Shown piece by piece: positions 12,672 to 24,816 of a stretch of 64,000 nt of DNA. Under the pieces are notes generated by a model that was given only the letters and a program-made list of their open reading frames with translations, made no database searches and was not told the origin of the DNA. Both the position numbers and the translations under genes were made by a program. How positions within the stretch are numbered: the stretch's first letter is position 1; each line of letters starts with the position of its first letter. This DNA comes from Takakia lepidozioides (Eukaryota > Plantae > Bryophyta): the NCBI GenBank assembly GCA_030704615.1, contig CM060731.1, positions 31,434,001-31,498,000 on the forward strand, written 5' to 3'.

Positions 12672-13600
12672 GGACCAGGGCCTTAGGCTCAGAATCGATA
12701 CTTTGAAAGTTGGTGAGCAGAGGTGCAGGCACTATACGGTCCTGAAGAGGGTGGCTCTCTGATGAGAATACCCGGGACACTATTTTAGAAAATGGGTATT
12801 GCCTTCAGCGCGCCCACACATCGAGCATTGACAATCTCCCTTTCCTCTCTGCATGTGTTATTTGTTCAAGAATTGACCCCCCGCCCTGGGGTTAAATTGT
12901 AGTTTAATGCTGAGGATAGGTAGGCCTTTCAGCCTAAGGTTCACCCATGTCACAAACTGGAAACAAGTTCAGGGATGTTTATGCCTAACTTATTTTTGTT
13001 CAAGCATTATTCATGCTTCCGACGTGGCTTTAGACACTTCAGCCTCCAATTGAGCTTCATCCAGCAGGGTCAGTTCTTCCTGCCCAAACTTCAGATACTT
13101 GAAACATCTCCTCTACATTTTTCTGCCATGACTTAGCCTGTTTAACAGGACGGTGTTGCTTCCAAGAAATAGAGTCTGTCATCTTAGGGTATCTGGTATT
13201 AGGCACTAAGCCCACCATCTGACCTTGAACTAACTCATGACTTTGAGAGCTCGAGGGTGGTGCGCCAAACTCGCCTTGAACAACCGCATTAGCTATTGTA
13301 GAGCACGCTGACATGCTCTCTTTGAGCACCGAAAGCTGAATGGATTTTAAAGTCTTAGGCATGGTTGTAGTTGCTCTCCCACACGGCAATGCCTACTCCA
13401 AGGTAGGCCAACATGGTCGTTGTAACTTCAGTATTAATCCGTCTGCAGTGGAAACATTTGAGTGAGAATATCCAAAGTTTGTGTTTAGTTGTTTGACCTG
13501 TTTTGTGTATGTTCATCATAGTTACAACTGGAGGACAACTCCACAGCAAGATATGTGCTGGAAGGGAGCACACAGTGGTGGCATTTAATGATCGTGGGGA
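12672..13600 (-). mobile_element. Decayed non-L1 (RTEX-like) LINE relic, same family as the TPLATE-intron repeats
   Basis: The minus strand gives LKGLP.L...LQF..RAG....QRGKGDCQCSMCG..E...HFL..CPGYSHQR, which matches 38540-38720. Upstream lie STIANAVVQGEFG and TYLAVELS-type post-RT motifs. Many stop codons. Confidence 0.75.
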
Positions 13601-15540
13601 GGGATGAGGGGATCTGGCCTAATCTAGCCTACCATGCAGACTTGTGAACTGTTGTCGCTGGCTGGTTTCAAGTGAGAGTGCATGCCTTTTTTTGTCAAGT
13701 TGCATTTGTATATGGCTTGTACCAAGTGTGGTCGTTGTTATAAAATAGACGATATCAGCGAGGCATGGGAAGAGTAGCAGATGTAGCATAGGTAGCTGAA
13801 TGTAAAGTTTGTCACACTGGTAGTGGGTACCAAGTCCAGTCTATTCAAACAGGTGAACAGACCCCTGAGTTTGTGTCACTTATCTTTGTTGTTATGACTT
13901 CAAACTACTCTCCAACGAGCTACCCTTTTTGTGTTATAGTGAGGGGGGCAAGTGGATCCCATTTTTGGAGACCTGGACAGTAACCTATTTTCTAGTGTGC
14001 AGAAGAAGGGCCCAACAGTGTGATTGTTGATTGCCAAGGAATTTTGAGTGTCTGTGTTGAGGTTTCTCTTGCTGCCATGTTAGTCCTTGAAGAATTTACA
14101 TTTTACTATCCTCTGATTCCATCAGCTTGCCTGCATATGTTGTCGCATTTGTGGGGCTACTATTCAACAAGTTTCAGCTGTTTGTGCAGCTGATTTGCGG
14201 GATGGCAGGTGGCCTACGGCTCTCCCTCACGCTACCTCCCACCACATCTTGCAAAAGCATTACAGGTGTGGCACCCCCTTAGCTTTTGTGCAATCTGGTG
14301 TTCCCTACTCATATTTTCACTTTTATTGCGTACCTCATAGCCTAGGTGGGGTAGAGGGGTAGAGTAGTCTCTTGTTGTTGTAGCACGTGACAACCCAGCT
14401 CATCCTTGCGTACCTAATTACCTAAACTGAACCATGACGCTAGATTGAAGGAACTTGTCCCTTCTGTCAATCATTGGTTGGGATCGAAGAGGAATATGGC
14501 AATGCATATCATCAATATGTGAATGTTGATTCTCTGAAACTTCACCATGTGGGGGAATATAGAATTTGGAAACGTGTGGAAAGCAGGTTTGTCATCTATG
14601 TGGATCACTTGCACTTCTTGAAGGCTGCACTTGCGTTAACCAGAGACGATCCAGACTTGGCCTCTGATTGAAAAGGTAATTTCATGTCAGAATTAGGTAG
14701 TATGGTTGTCATGAAGCTGGAAATATCAGTAGGGTTAGGGTTTGTTGGTTTGTTGTTTTGTTGGTTTGTTGGTTCTCATGAAGTTGGAAATGTCGGTAGG
14801 GTGTTGGTTTGTAGCTCCATCCTTGCCCCCTCATGTTGCTGTCTCCGTACATAACCAACCTGGAGTTGTAAAAAACTGGTTTAATGGGAGTGTGGGGCTG
14901 GGAGTAGACTTAGTCAGGAATTGATAATTCCTACCTAGTCTAGATTCCTCTTCCCTGTTTTCTGCTTTGTTGGTTCTGAGTAGTACCTCTGTAATCTGCC
15001 TTATGGCTCTTTGTAAGGTTATTTTTTCCTTATCTCTTCTTCAATAAATTTATCAGGGCTACAATCCCCCTGTTAATAAATTTAAAAATAAAATAAAAAT
15101 CTTGGCTTGCTTCCCTGTTCCCAGTGTCTGCTCCTCTGTCCCCTCCTTGTTCCCATGTCGCGCCCCTATCCCTGTCCTTCGTTCCCGCTCTCCCTGGCCC
15201 CGTGGAATTTCCCTGGTCCTTGCTCCCCTGATCCCGGTCCCCGCTCTCCCTCGCCATGTGGAACACGGCTCGCTCCCCTGTTCCCAGTCCTCACTCCCTT
15301 GTCCCAATGGGGAGCAGGGATTGAGGAGTGGGAATAGGGAGCAAAATAGAATGCTTGGGAACATGGCCCTAAAGGTGGGGAGCATGAGGAAGGAACAGGA
15401 GGTGTGCAGTGCTCTCCACCTTCCCAATGGGGAATGAGATTTGACTGGATGTTTCTCGGAGCTCCGGTCAGCACGCCCACCACCTCACAAGCTTTGCCTT
15501 AAACTCGTTGGGTAAGCATAATCCTCGCCAATTTTGATCA

Positions 15541-15810
15541 ACTTTGCCTCACTTCCAATAAACAGTGGCTCTTTAATGGAGCACGATTTAACGAGTCTCG
15601 GCTTTAGTGATGCATGATTTAATGGTCTAATGGCGCACTTGGAAAGCCAAATGACCACTTTCATTCTCAAAAAACTTTGCCTCGCTTCCAATAAATTTGT
15701 CTCATTTCCAATAAACTTCCCTCACTTCCAATAAACAGTGGCTCACTATGGAACACAAATTAATGAGACTTCTTGCCTCACTTCCATTAAGTTTGTCTTA
15801 CTTCCAATTA
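15541..15810. repeat. Degenerate ~20-bp repeats (tttgcctcacttccaataaa), about 6 copies
   Basis: Copies seen near 15543, 15676, 15696, 15717, 15772 and 15792. Confidence 0.6.
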
Positions 15811-16223
15811 ATGGATGGTTTAGCGGAACATGATTAATGGTTGAACTGCACTCTTAGAAGGTCAAACGTCCACTTCGAATACATCATGTTCAAGTAAAAA
15901 ATACCTAGATCTCTTAAAGATCCTTTAAGAAATGCTTACGTTCCTAAAGAATCACATTAGTGCAACCAAAACATGAGTTACTGATGCCTGATTTTTTGCT
16001 CAAACGGCACCCTTGAAAGGCCAAAAGCTCATTTCCAATACATGATGTTTCATCAAACGATTCTTAATCCTCTAAAAATCCTTTAAAACGTGCTTTTGTT
16101 CAATGTTTTGTCAAACTAGTGGAGCAAAGACATTCGTAGTTCCTCTAAAGATCCTTTAAAAAATGGTTTTGTTCAATCCACAATCACACTAAGTTAATCA
16201 TGCTATAATGCTAAGTTCACAGA

Positions 16224-17010
16224 ATGCTCGAGACAATTAATTTTTGGGAATTACGTCCTAGACTTCAAGTCCCTGCTATGCTACTCTTCAAACCCAAATG
16301 GGCTCATTGGGAAAATGTTGCAGGGTTCACACATTTGGGGAAAATCTGGGAGCAAAGGGATTTTCTCCCAACGCCGTTGGTTCTGCAATGGGCCAGACAT
16401 TCTCATTTTATTTGGTTTCTTAAACACCCTCTGGAGGGGCCGCAATTTTATCCAGGAGAATGGAGTTGGATGGACAACACACATTCCATTTTCTTTGCTT
16501 TACTGTCAAAATGGAGTATTCTCTACTATCCCCCCCCCCTTGTTCATTTGTAACTATGTTGTAGCATAAATCGGGCAACGGGCCTCATGAGCAGGAACGA
16601 GTGGGACATAATCGGGAAAGATATATGGAGAAATGGCCACGAAGGTCTTGGCCTTCCTATGGCAAATTGTGCATGGAATCCTTCTAGTTAATGCAATCTT
16701 AGAGGACAACCCCCAGATCATTTGTCAGTGCTACTTTGGTGGTTTGCAAACTCAAACACTGTTTTCTTCAATGCCCCAGAGCTAACCTCATTTGGAAGGA
16801 AAACCTTTGGTTCTACTCTAATTGGAAGACTCTCCCACTTTCCCTCCCATCTTTCTGATTCTATTAAATGTACAGCCCGGACAAGCTTGAGAGCACATCC
16901 TCTGTGGAATGTGTGGAGGGTCAGGTGTTTATGGAAATACCAAGGAAAGACCCTGAACATCAGAGCTATCTTGTATAACGTTTACTTTGATATGAAGACT
17001 AAGGGGAAAA
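16224..17010 (+). mobile_element. Second L1 LINE 3' relic related to 3340-6888
   Basis: WFLKHPLEGPQFYPGEWSW parallels WFLSAPLKLLQFDPGEWLW at about 6360-6420. It is followed by FLWQIVHG- and LWNVWRVRC-type motifs, with frameshifts. Confidence 0.65.
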
Positions 17011-20000
17011 GGCTTGTCCGGTCTGCATGTGTGCAGCTCTTCCCAGAACTTCAAACCAATGGAGGAGAAGGTTTTTCCAAGATTCCGATATCACCTGGGG
17101 CGGCTTGCTCGGCGCCCTTGTTTCCGACTCAAACGTTCAATGGAAGACTCCGTCCCACGCAATGGCAAGACCCCTGGTGGTGAAGGTGACGAGGGGGACT
17201 GCAACTGGAGACACAGGTGTGCACAGGACCCCAACTTTAAAGCTCAGCTGAAGTTCTAGGCCCCCGAATTGCCTACTCATACATTCCCATTCCTCTACAT
17301 ACCTCTTCTCTACCTTTAGTCGAATGAGCAATGTTTTTTTAGACATAACAAAGCTCCTGCACTTTCCTGTTCTCTCTACTCCGACAAATTCTTCACTCCT
17401 GTTGTATTCCTTTATTGCTCATAGACTTGTGTTGTGATTTCTCTTCCCTTCTTCGGAATCTCGGTTACGGGGTGATTCCCCCTTTGTAAGCCATCATGGC
17501 CTTCCCGGTGGTTTCCACCTCGTACAATACAATACAAGACTCTGCTCCTTTTCCAATTGTAATACCAGCTGCAATTGCAATTGGATTTTTTTTTTTTTTC
17601 CAATTGCAAAAAAAATGCTATTGGTTATCAATCAATGCTTTTCCAATTGTAATACCAGCCGGTTACCAACACGGGTATAAGTAATATAATATAATATGAT
17701 ATAATATAAAGTGTTAGCCCGAGGGACCGATTTTCAAATATACCTGGTTTCCCAAAGAAAGTAAAAATGTTGCAAAAGCCCTTTGCATTACGTATGCATA
17801 TTTTGTCGAATGAAGTGCAATCACTTAGAAAACTGGTTCCCTGGGCAAATCTGTAACGCAGAGATTTTTCTTGTCCATCATATTTGTGTTTGAACAGAAG
17901 AAACTTTTGATCAAGGAGAGACAAGGTATGGCATGTTGTGTGAATTAGTAAAGAGCAGGTGTTGGGCTGGATCTGCATCTGCCCAACATTGGTTGATACT
18001 AATACCATGTGCATCATCCCTCTTTTACCCCTAATACAGGTATTGCTTGGATATTGCCTTTGCCAAATAGGTAGGGTATTGATCTAGGTATCGCAAGTGC
18101 CGACACCATGGGTTCTGGTTCTTCACCCTAGCATTACAAAGGTAAATACCAGCAGGGTCGGTTCTTTAAAATCCATGTTGATTCCCCGCCCGACTCTGTA
18201 TACCAGTCCAACACGTGGGAGACTCAACCTCTGATCATACATTATTGGACGTTTTGGTGCCTTCTTCTCAGCAATTGAATTCTACGACATGCTTGCTGAC
18301 TCTCTTGAACTGATGGACTGGCAATCACCTCAGAAGTTGTGCCCAGATGCCTCTAGCAAACTAAATTCTCCTGCTTCGAGCTGTTTCATAGTTTCTGGAT
18401 ATGTACTGCTGATTGTGTGTCCGTGAAAATCTTGTGTTTCGTGTGTCTCTCACGGGCGATGTAGAAGTCAGTAGCACACTTGCCAAAAATAGGCACAGCA
18501 CGGAATTTGTGTAGTTGGACAAGTTGGACACAGTTGATTATCGGGTTCAAAATGGTCACTTTCGGAAACTGTCCTTACTGGGGAAATCCCTCGAAACATA
18601 AACGGATTCAAGTTTGTGGGCCCCTACTGTAATTGTGGGTAGCTGAGAGGCGATCTTTGATGTTTGATTGTCCAGGGTAGCCCTAAAAATAGAGCATCTC
18701 TAAACTTCTTGTGGGATATCCCTTGTGGTTCAATGAAAGAAACTATTTCCGGACCAACTGTCCACTTGGGGAGTTGGGTGATGTAATCCCACGAGATCAC
18801 ATTCAATCGGATTTATGGAGTCATTATGAAGGGCACATGAGTTCATAAAACTGGGTTGCTCACCAGCACATTCTTCAAGGACCCAACATCAACATAACCC
18901 AATCAGAAAAATCCAAGTCCAGAAAAACCCAGAAAACAAACTCATAAGCTAATGCGTGACCTACACGTTGGGAAGTCAGTACAGATCTACACTGTACATC
19001 TGAGCCCTCGGACGAGGCACAGTGCTGCTGTGCCCTTAATGGCGACTTTGCTTCTTTATGAGGGAGTCTACATCCTCTTCATGTTTTCGAACCCCTAGTC
19101 TTGAATCTAGGGTAAGTTTTAGCTAGCCAATTAGAAAGGGTCACATGTTAACAGATATGCATTTACTTTTGTTTCTTATCTCTAATCCACCACTGTCCTT
19201 CATCAACTGACCTCTGAGTCACATTGCGTCTAATAAATTACATACAGTTCAAACTTCAAACCTTGAGTACCAAATACATCAGTGTGGTGGGTGTTGAGGG
19301 AGACAAATTACTTCCCTTAAAGAGGGGGTAGGCTTTATATAATAGCGAATGACTCATACCGTTAAAACTCATAATCATTTTCATTCCTTTTCTGAAAGGG
19401 GGTAAGGTTTTCCTCACAACTAAGTTAAGGGAAATGTGTAAAAATTATGGAGGGGTGACTCTAGTTTGTATGGGACTGGCAGCTCCGGTCCGGAAAGCCT
19501 GTGCAGTCAATGGAGCTGCCCTGATTATCTCTGTGAGTGGCAACTTTAGCTGTGCAAGCTACAGCCCAGCCCTTTATTAAGGGTGTTCAGACGTTTACTT
19601 AGTAGGAATTCGTTGGGGGACGATCCTGGTGATACCCACTCTCGCAGATCGTGTTGTGCCTACCTCTCATTTCTAATTTGCGCCTGCAACACTTCTACGT
19701 AAGTATGTAACTTAAGTATAAGTGGTAGGAGAGTACTTACTACAGCCCACACATTTACGTATGTAGTTTTGAAAGCAGAAGAAATGGAGTTATGTATAAA
19801 AGTTCACGCGGAGAGTGGAGTGTTGAAGTTGAGAATGCGTCACCATGAAGAATATGCATGATTCTCTTCTCTTTTTCCTTTTAATCTCGATTACAAGCAG
19901 AACATATGTACAGCATGTAGTCGCTTGCTAGTTTCTCTGGGTCCCTCTTCAACTCACTTTGCCTGCCCATTCATTCTCTGCAGCAGGCTCTGTAAATCCG

Positions 20001-20858
20001 CTGGACGTCAACTTTATCAGCACATTCTCATGTGAAGTTCAGGAGACGTACGTAAGAGATAAAGAGCCGAGCAGTTGGCGAGTTTCAAAAGCTGAAGTGT
20101 CAGCTAGAGTGTTAACTTCCTGCGGCATGATCACAGTTTGGTGTCGAATATCATTACGTGAGAATGGAGCTGGTCCCTGACTGAAGACCTGATGAACCGT
20201 GCATACAGCCCAGCACCAACAAAGTAAGTAGCTAACTTGCATGCAGTGGTGATACATTGTGTCTTACACATCTCGGCTAGTAACTGAGCTTTAAGGCATC
20301 AACCCACTTCTTTTGGTTCTATGTGAACCAAAGGTTCAAATATGCCGATGTCGAGACCGGTGGACTTGCGTTGCAGCAACTTATGTGCAGTCTCCTAGAA
20401 TCTTCCCGGCTTTGACCTTGCCTTCAAATCTAGCTCCTCAAGAAGAAGCTGCACCGAGAGACAGAGATCATTCTAGCAGAAGGCCTTGTTTTCAATGTTG
20501 TTGCGTCTTGAGAATCTCGGGCCTGTTAGTACGATGCTCAAGAATTCTGGGTGTATGTGCTACCTTTTAACAACCCAGCGAAGGTTTTAGACCTGTCCCT
20601 AGACGTTTCAGATGTGTAGCTGGTAAGTCCTAGATACCTTCCGTGTAAATGCACGACTTTTTATCGAATACGGCTTTCGGTCGACTTGTTGCGCCAGGTG
20701 CAAGAGGATTGATGGTTTGGAGAACCGTGAAGACTTTTCTCAACTTTATGGTACATGATTTCGTCCATCATTCCTAGCATGATCTTGTGATACTCATATT
20801 ATCGATTCTGAAACTTCTCTGGATGGTATGGCTCAACCTCTGGACAGACTCGTGTGCA

Positions 20859-23682
20859 ATGGCGAAGGCACAGGTCTTAGTGTGGGTTATGTTCCACTGG
20901 GCAACACTGATCCAAGGAGCCTTCGCAAATGGAGGACAGTACTTCATACCAGCAAAACCATTGGTGCCGGCCTTCTTTATATTTGGGGACTCTCTTGCTG
21001 ACGCAGGCAACAACAACCACTTGTATACAGTGGCCCGGGCAAACTACTTACCCTATGGAAAGGACTTCGACACACACATGCCAACAGGAAGGTTTTGCAA
21101 TGGACGCAATGGAATGGATGTCCTTGGTGAGTAAATTATGCTGGTCACATGGCCTTGCAAATTCTGCAGCTCCACGAAGAAACTTCGAGTTCAGTTGGGT
21201 ACACTTGATACTACATGCCTCACACAGATCTTTAATGTACCACGAAGTGAATGTCAGGGATTCTGTTTGTGGATTCAGATTAGAAAGTTGAAGGATTTTG
21301 GGTAGTCTTCCTAAATTTGTGGAAAACTAGACCTTGAAACGTAGTCAAACAGGTCTCTATATGCATCCCCCAAGTTTTGCATAGAGATTTGAAAAGCTTC
21401 AACTCTACAAAGTTGCTCACATGTGATTTGTTACAGTCCATGGTTCCGAATTAATGCCTACCCACGCTGTTGGATAACCTGCAGCTGCGTTCTTGGGTTT
21501 GCCCTTGGTGCCACCATATCTCGATCCCGGAACGAAAGGTGAACGGCTACTGCAGGGCGTGAATTTTGCATCAGGGGGCTCGGGCATCCTCAACCAAACT
21601 GGCCTCGATGTTGTACGTTTGTCAGGTTATGTCTTGACAGTGACGTCGTAAATGGGTTAGTTGACGTTCAATGCAAGTTCGCCCGAGTTGGAAACTTCAC
21701 TGTGTCATGTTTCCAAGAAGATTAACGTATGATGTGAATGATGGCAGGGCGAACTTATGCCATTGTCATGCCAGATAGATGCATTCCAGAAAGTGAAGGA
21801 AGAGATTTATGGGATGCTTGGGCCCCAGGCTAGCCATGATTTCTTTGCCCAGTCATTCTTCTACATCATCTCTGGGAGTGACGATATAATCAATGGATAC
21901 TATGGCATTGTGCCAAGCGAGCTGCCCAGCCTGTATACACCGTCGGAGTTTCAAGACCTCCTTATATCAACGCTCTCTTCTCAGATTGGGGTAAAATCCT
22001 GTACTGTTGATGGCGTCGAATAGCACTACAAAAGTGCATTGTCAAGCTTGTGTGTAAACTTATTGATTTAATGGAGGTGAAATGCAGCTCTGAAATGTAG
22101 ATCTTCCTGGTAGGGCGTGCAGATTTATAACAGGGGACTGGAGTTGGTATACATGTGTGAAATTGAAGTGAAATTTCCTCCTTGTGTTTGTGCAGTTTCT
22201 TTACAGCCTGGGGGCCAGAAAGATTGGAGTGGCTGGTCTTGGACCACTGGGGTGTGTCCCCTCACAGCTCAGCAGGTACCACAGCATGGGGGCATGTGTG
22301 CCTTTTCTGCAAACGACTGCTCTGAGTTTTAACAGTGCCCTGATAAGCATGCTCGCTAACTTGAGAGCCAGGCTGCCAGGGTTAGGGTTGGTGTACAACG
22401 ATTTTTTCTCCGTGCTCCAAGCTGCAGTCCAAAATCCTCCGGCTTATGGTGAGTGGAACAACTACCATCTTGGTTTTGTCCCAACCCTGATTGTTCGTAA
22501 ACCCCAGAATCATGATTTACAAGATCCTGACGGTTCACTAACAGAAATTGGGAACTTAGGAATATGCTTCCCTGAGGGAGGATTGGGTCACATTACAATG
22601 TACATCTGAGGTGGAATATGGAGATAAGCTTTAGTCCTTGACTAATTGTGGCCACCATACAGATAGCCACCATACAAATTGGGAACATAGGAATATGCTT
22701 CCCTGGGGAGGATTGGGTCATTGTGACCCAATCCCCCCATGTGATGTGGAATATGGACTTAGGGCAGATAAGCTTTAGTCCTTGCCTAATTGTGGCCACC
22801 ATACAGATAGCAATAGCAAGTGCTTTTTGGCACATACCCAGAGAACAAGTGCGTTTGGGAGGTGGTTATAACGGTACCTTGGTGATGAGATTGTCAGTAG
22901 CTAAGAATATTATTTCACGGTCAAGATGAGTGCAAGCATTCATGAACAAGTTTGTTATTTATCATGGGTTCATCTCATGGGCAATCTTGATTGGTTTCTC
23001 CTTAAAAGGGGGTACTATCAGCTGCATCACTGCTATTACTGAGGCAGGGCTGTGATCGCTCCAAGTCAATTGTGTGCAAGAATAATAGACCTCAGAATAT
23101 TGAATGACTGCAAAAGTGAGTTTCAGGACTATCTGACAATTTAAAGCTAATTTGTGTCCTGCAAAAGGAGACTAGTTGTTGCAGAAACCAGCTGTGTATG
23201 TACTAGATGACCAGATATTGTGTGGCAAGCATGACAAGGTTCCTAGGTTGAGTGAATTGCATAGGAAAATTCATATAGACTAACAACCCTGGCAGTGGGA
23301 ATTCTGGCACATTCCATGGTGAGCATGGTCAATGCACATTTCAGTTCAGATAGTGGATGTTGCAGAGAGGGTGCAAATTTGTCTTGTTTAGACCCAGGAG
23401 AGGCTCTCTAAGCCATCGGTCCCACTTAACGAGATAAATCAAACATGCAATGACTGTGCAGGATTTTTAAATGGAGATACTGCATGCTGTGGCTCTGGCA
23501 AGTTTGGATCAGCATTCCCATGCTACCCTAATCTCAAGATCTGTGAGAATACACGCGACTACATTTGGTGGGACTGGTTTCATCCGACTGATAAGATGTA
23601 CAGAGAGCTCATACAGGCTGTTTTCTTCAAGGGCCCTCCCTTCAGTATTCCTGTGAGTGTGCAGCAGTTTGTGGTTTCGTAA
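20859..23682 (+). CDS. GDSL esterase/lipase (SGNH family), 5 exons
   Basis: Exons 20859-21126, 21485-21612, 21748-21990, 22196-22448, 23462-23682; all GT-AG and in phase. Signal-peptide-like N-terminus, [33 protein letters not shown]...GPLGCVP, ACCG, WDWFHPT. An alternative in-frame ATG lies at 20823. Confidence 0.92.
22545..22812. repeat. ~130-bp imperfect tandem duplication in GDSL intron 4
   Basis: The blocks aaattgggaac.taggaatatgcttccctg.gg.aggattgggtca and gataagctttagtccttg.ctaattgtggccaccatacagatagc each occur twice. Confidence 0.8.
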
Positions 23683-24816
23683 TTTGTCTGTTCTCTTACA
23701 AGACATTTCCAAAAACACATGCGAGCGTGTCATTACTTCATGGCTTGGTTTAAGGTCAGAAGAAGCGTAATTTTCATAGTGGTGTAAGTGTTCCCCCTTC
23801 GGTGGAAGAGAGGACTCCTCTCTCTTTTCTGAACCAAATGGTTGAGAGATGCAACTAAACTTTGAAAACCAGAAAAAGGAGCGTACCCACAGTTTGGCCC
23901 AAAAGTTGCTCCGGCAACTTCATAAAGCAGTAGATTATAGATGACCCAAGCGGGTGGTGGTTAGATTAATCGCTGTTCCAAGTGCCTGCAAGTCCTCAAT
24001 GTTCCGAGTGTGATGCTCATCTGCACCTTTCCAGCATAAAAAAGAAATCTTAACTCATTCGAAGGTATCCAATTTGTGATGTATTCAGTAAGAAAGCTAC
24101 CTCATTTCTCTCCATTCCATCATGTCTTCCTGTGTTCCCAAGTAGAATGTAATAAACTCAGCATTCTCATAGATGAACAGTATAATTTGCCTCTATCTCA
24201 AGTTCTCTCCCCCATTCTGAGTACATTTTCCATAACAATGGTGCTGTTTTTTTGGCGCTAATATTTCCTGTGACAGATGAAATATCTATAAGTTCAAATT
24301 GAAACTGCGTCATAATAAAAGCCTGTGGTGATATCATCTCACATGTTGAGGGTGCAGGTCACTTCACAACCAACTGTCATTCAGGAGAAAACAAATATTG
24401 CAATGCTCAACACAGATACATCGACGTTGTGATAAACTAGAATTGATGTGACATGTTTGATATCAACTGATTAGCCAAGCTCTACTTCACTTTGGTTTAT
24501 TTTGTCCAGAGTGAGGACGTATATGGAGGACTGCTCCTTGAGCGAGGTGTCAATGTATGTGCATGATCAATAGTAGAAGAAATGTTCTGTCGACTTCAGT
24601 TTGAACTGATCACTTATTCTAAGAGTATCAATTTTGTGCCGAGATGTAATCTTGAGGCTGAGGGAGCAGACTGAGGGAGCAAAGTTCCTACTTTCGGAAT
24701 GACTGATGAAGGCAGAAGGAATTCTAGCCGGTGAGAAGAGGAGGCCTGAGGAAGAAAGGCAGTCAACTGTGTATCAACTGTATCAGGTAGATCAAGTGGA
24801 CATTGGAGATTTATAT

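Noticed and set aside
15054-15371. Possible hAT MITE (cagggcta...tggcccta) and several overlapping GC-rich ORFs
   Set aside because: TIRs are weak and no TSD is visible; the ORFs are low-complexity products of ctccctgttccc-type repeats.
18624-18806. ISWDYITQLPK, resembling the start of a Gypsy integrase core
   Set aside because: A single short motif with no supporting downstream homology.
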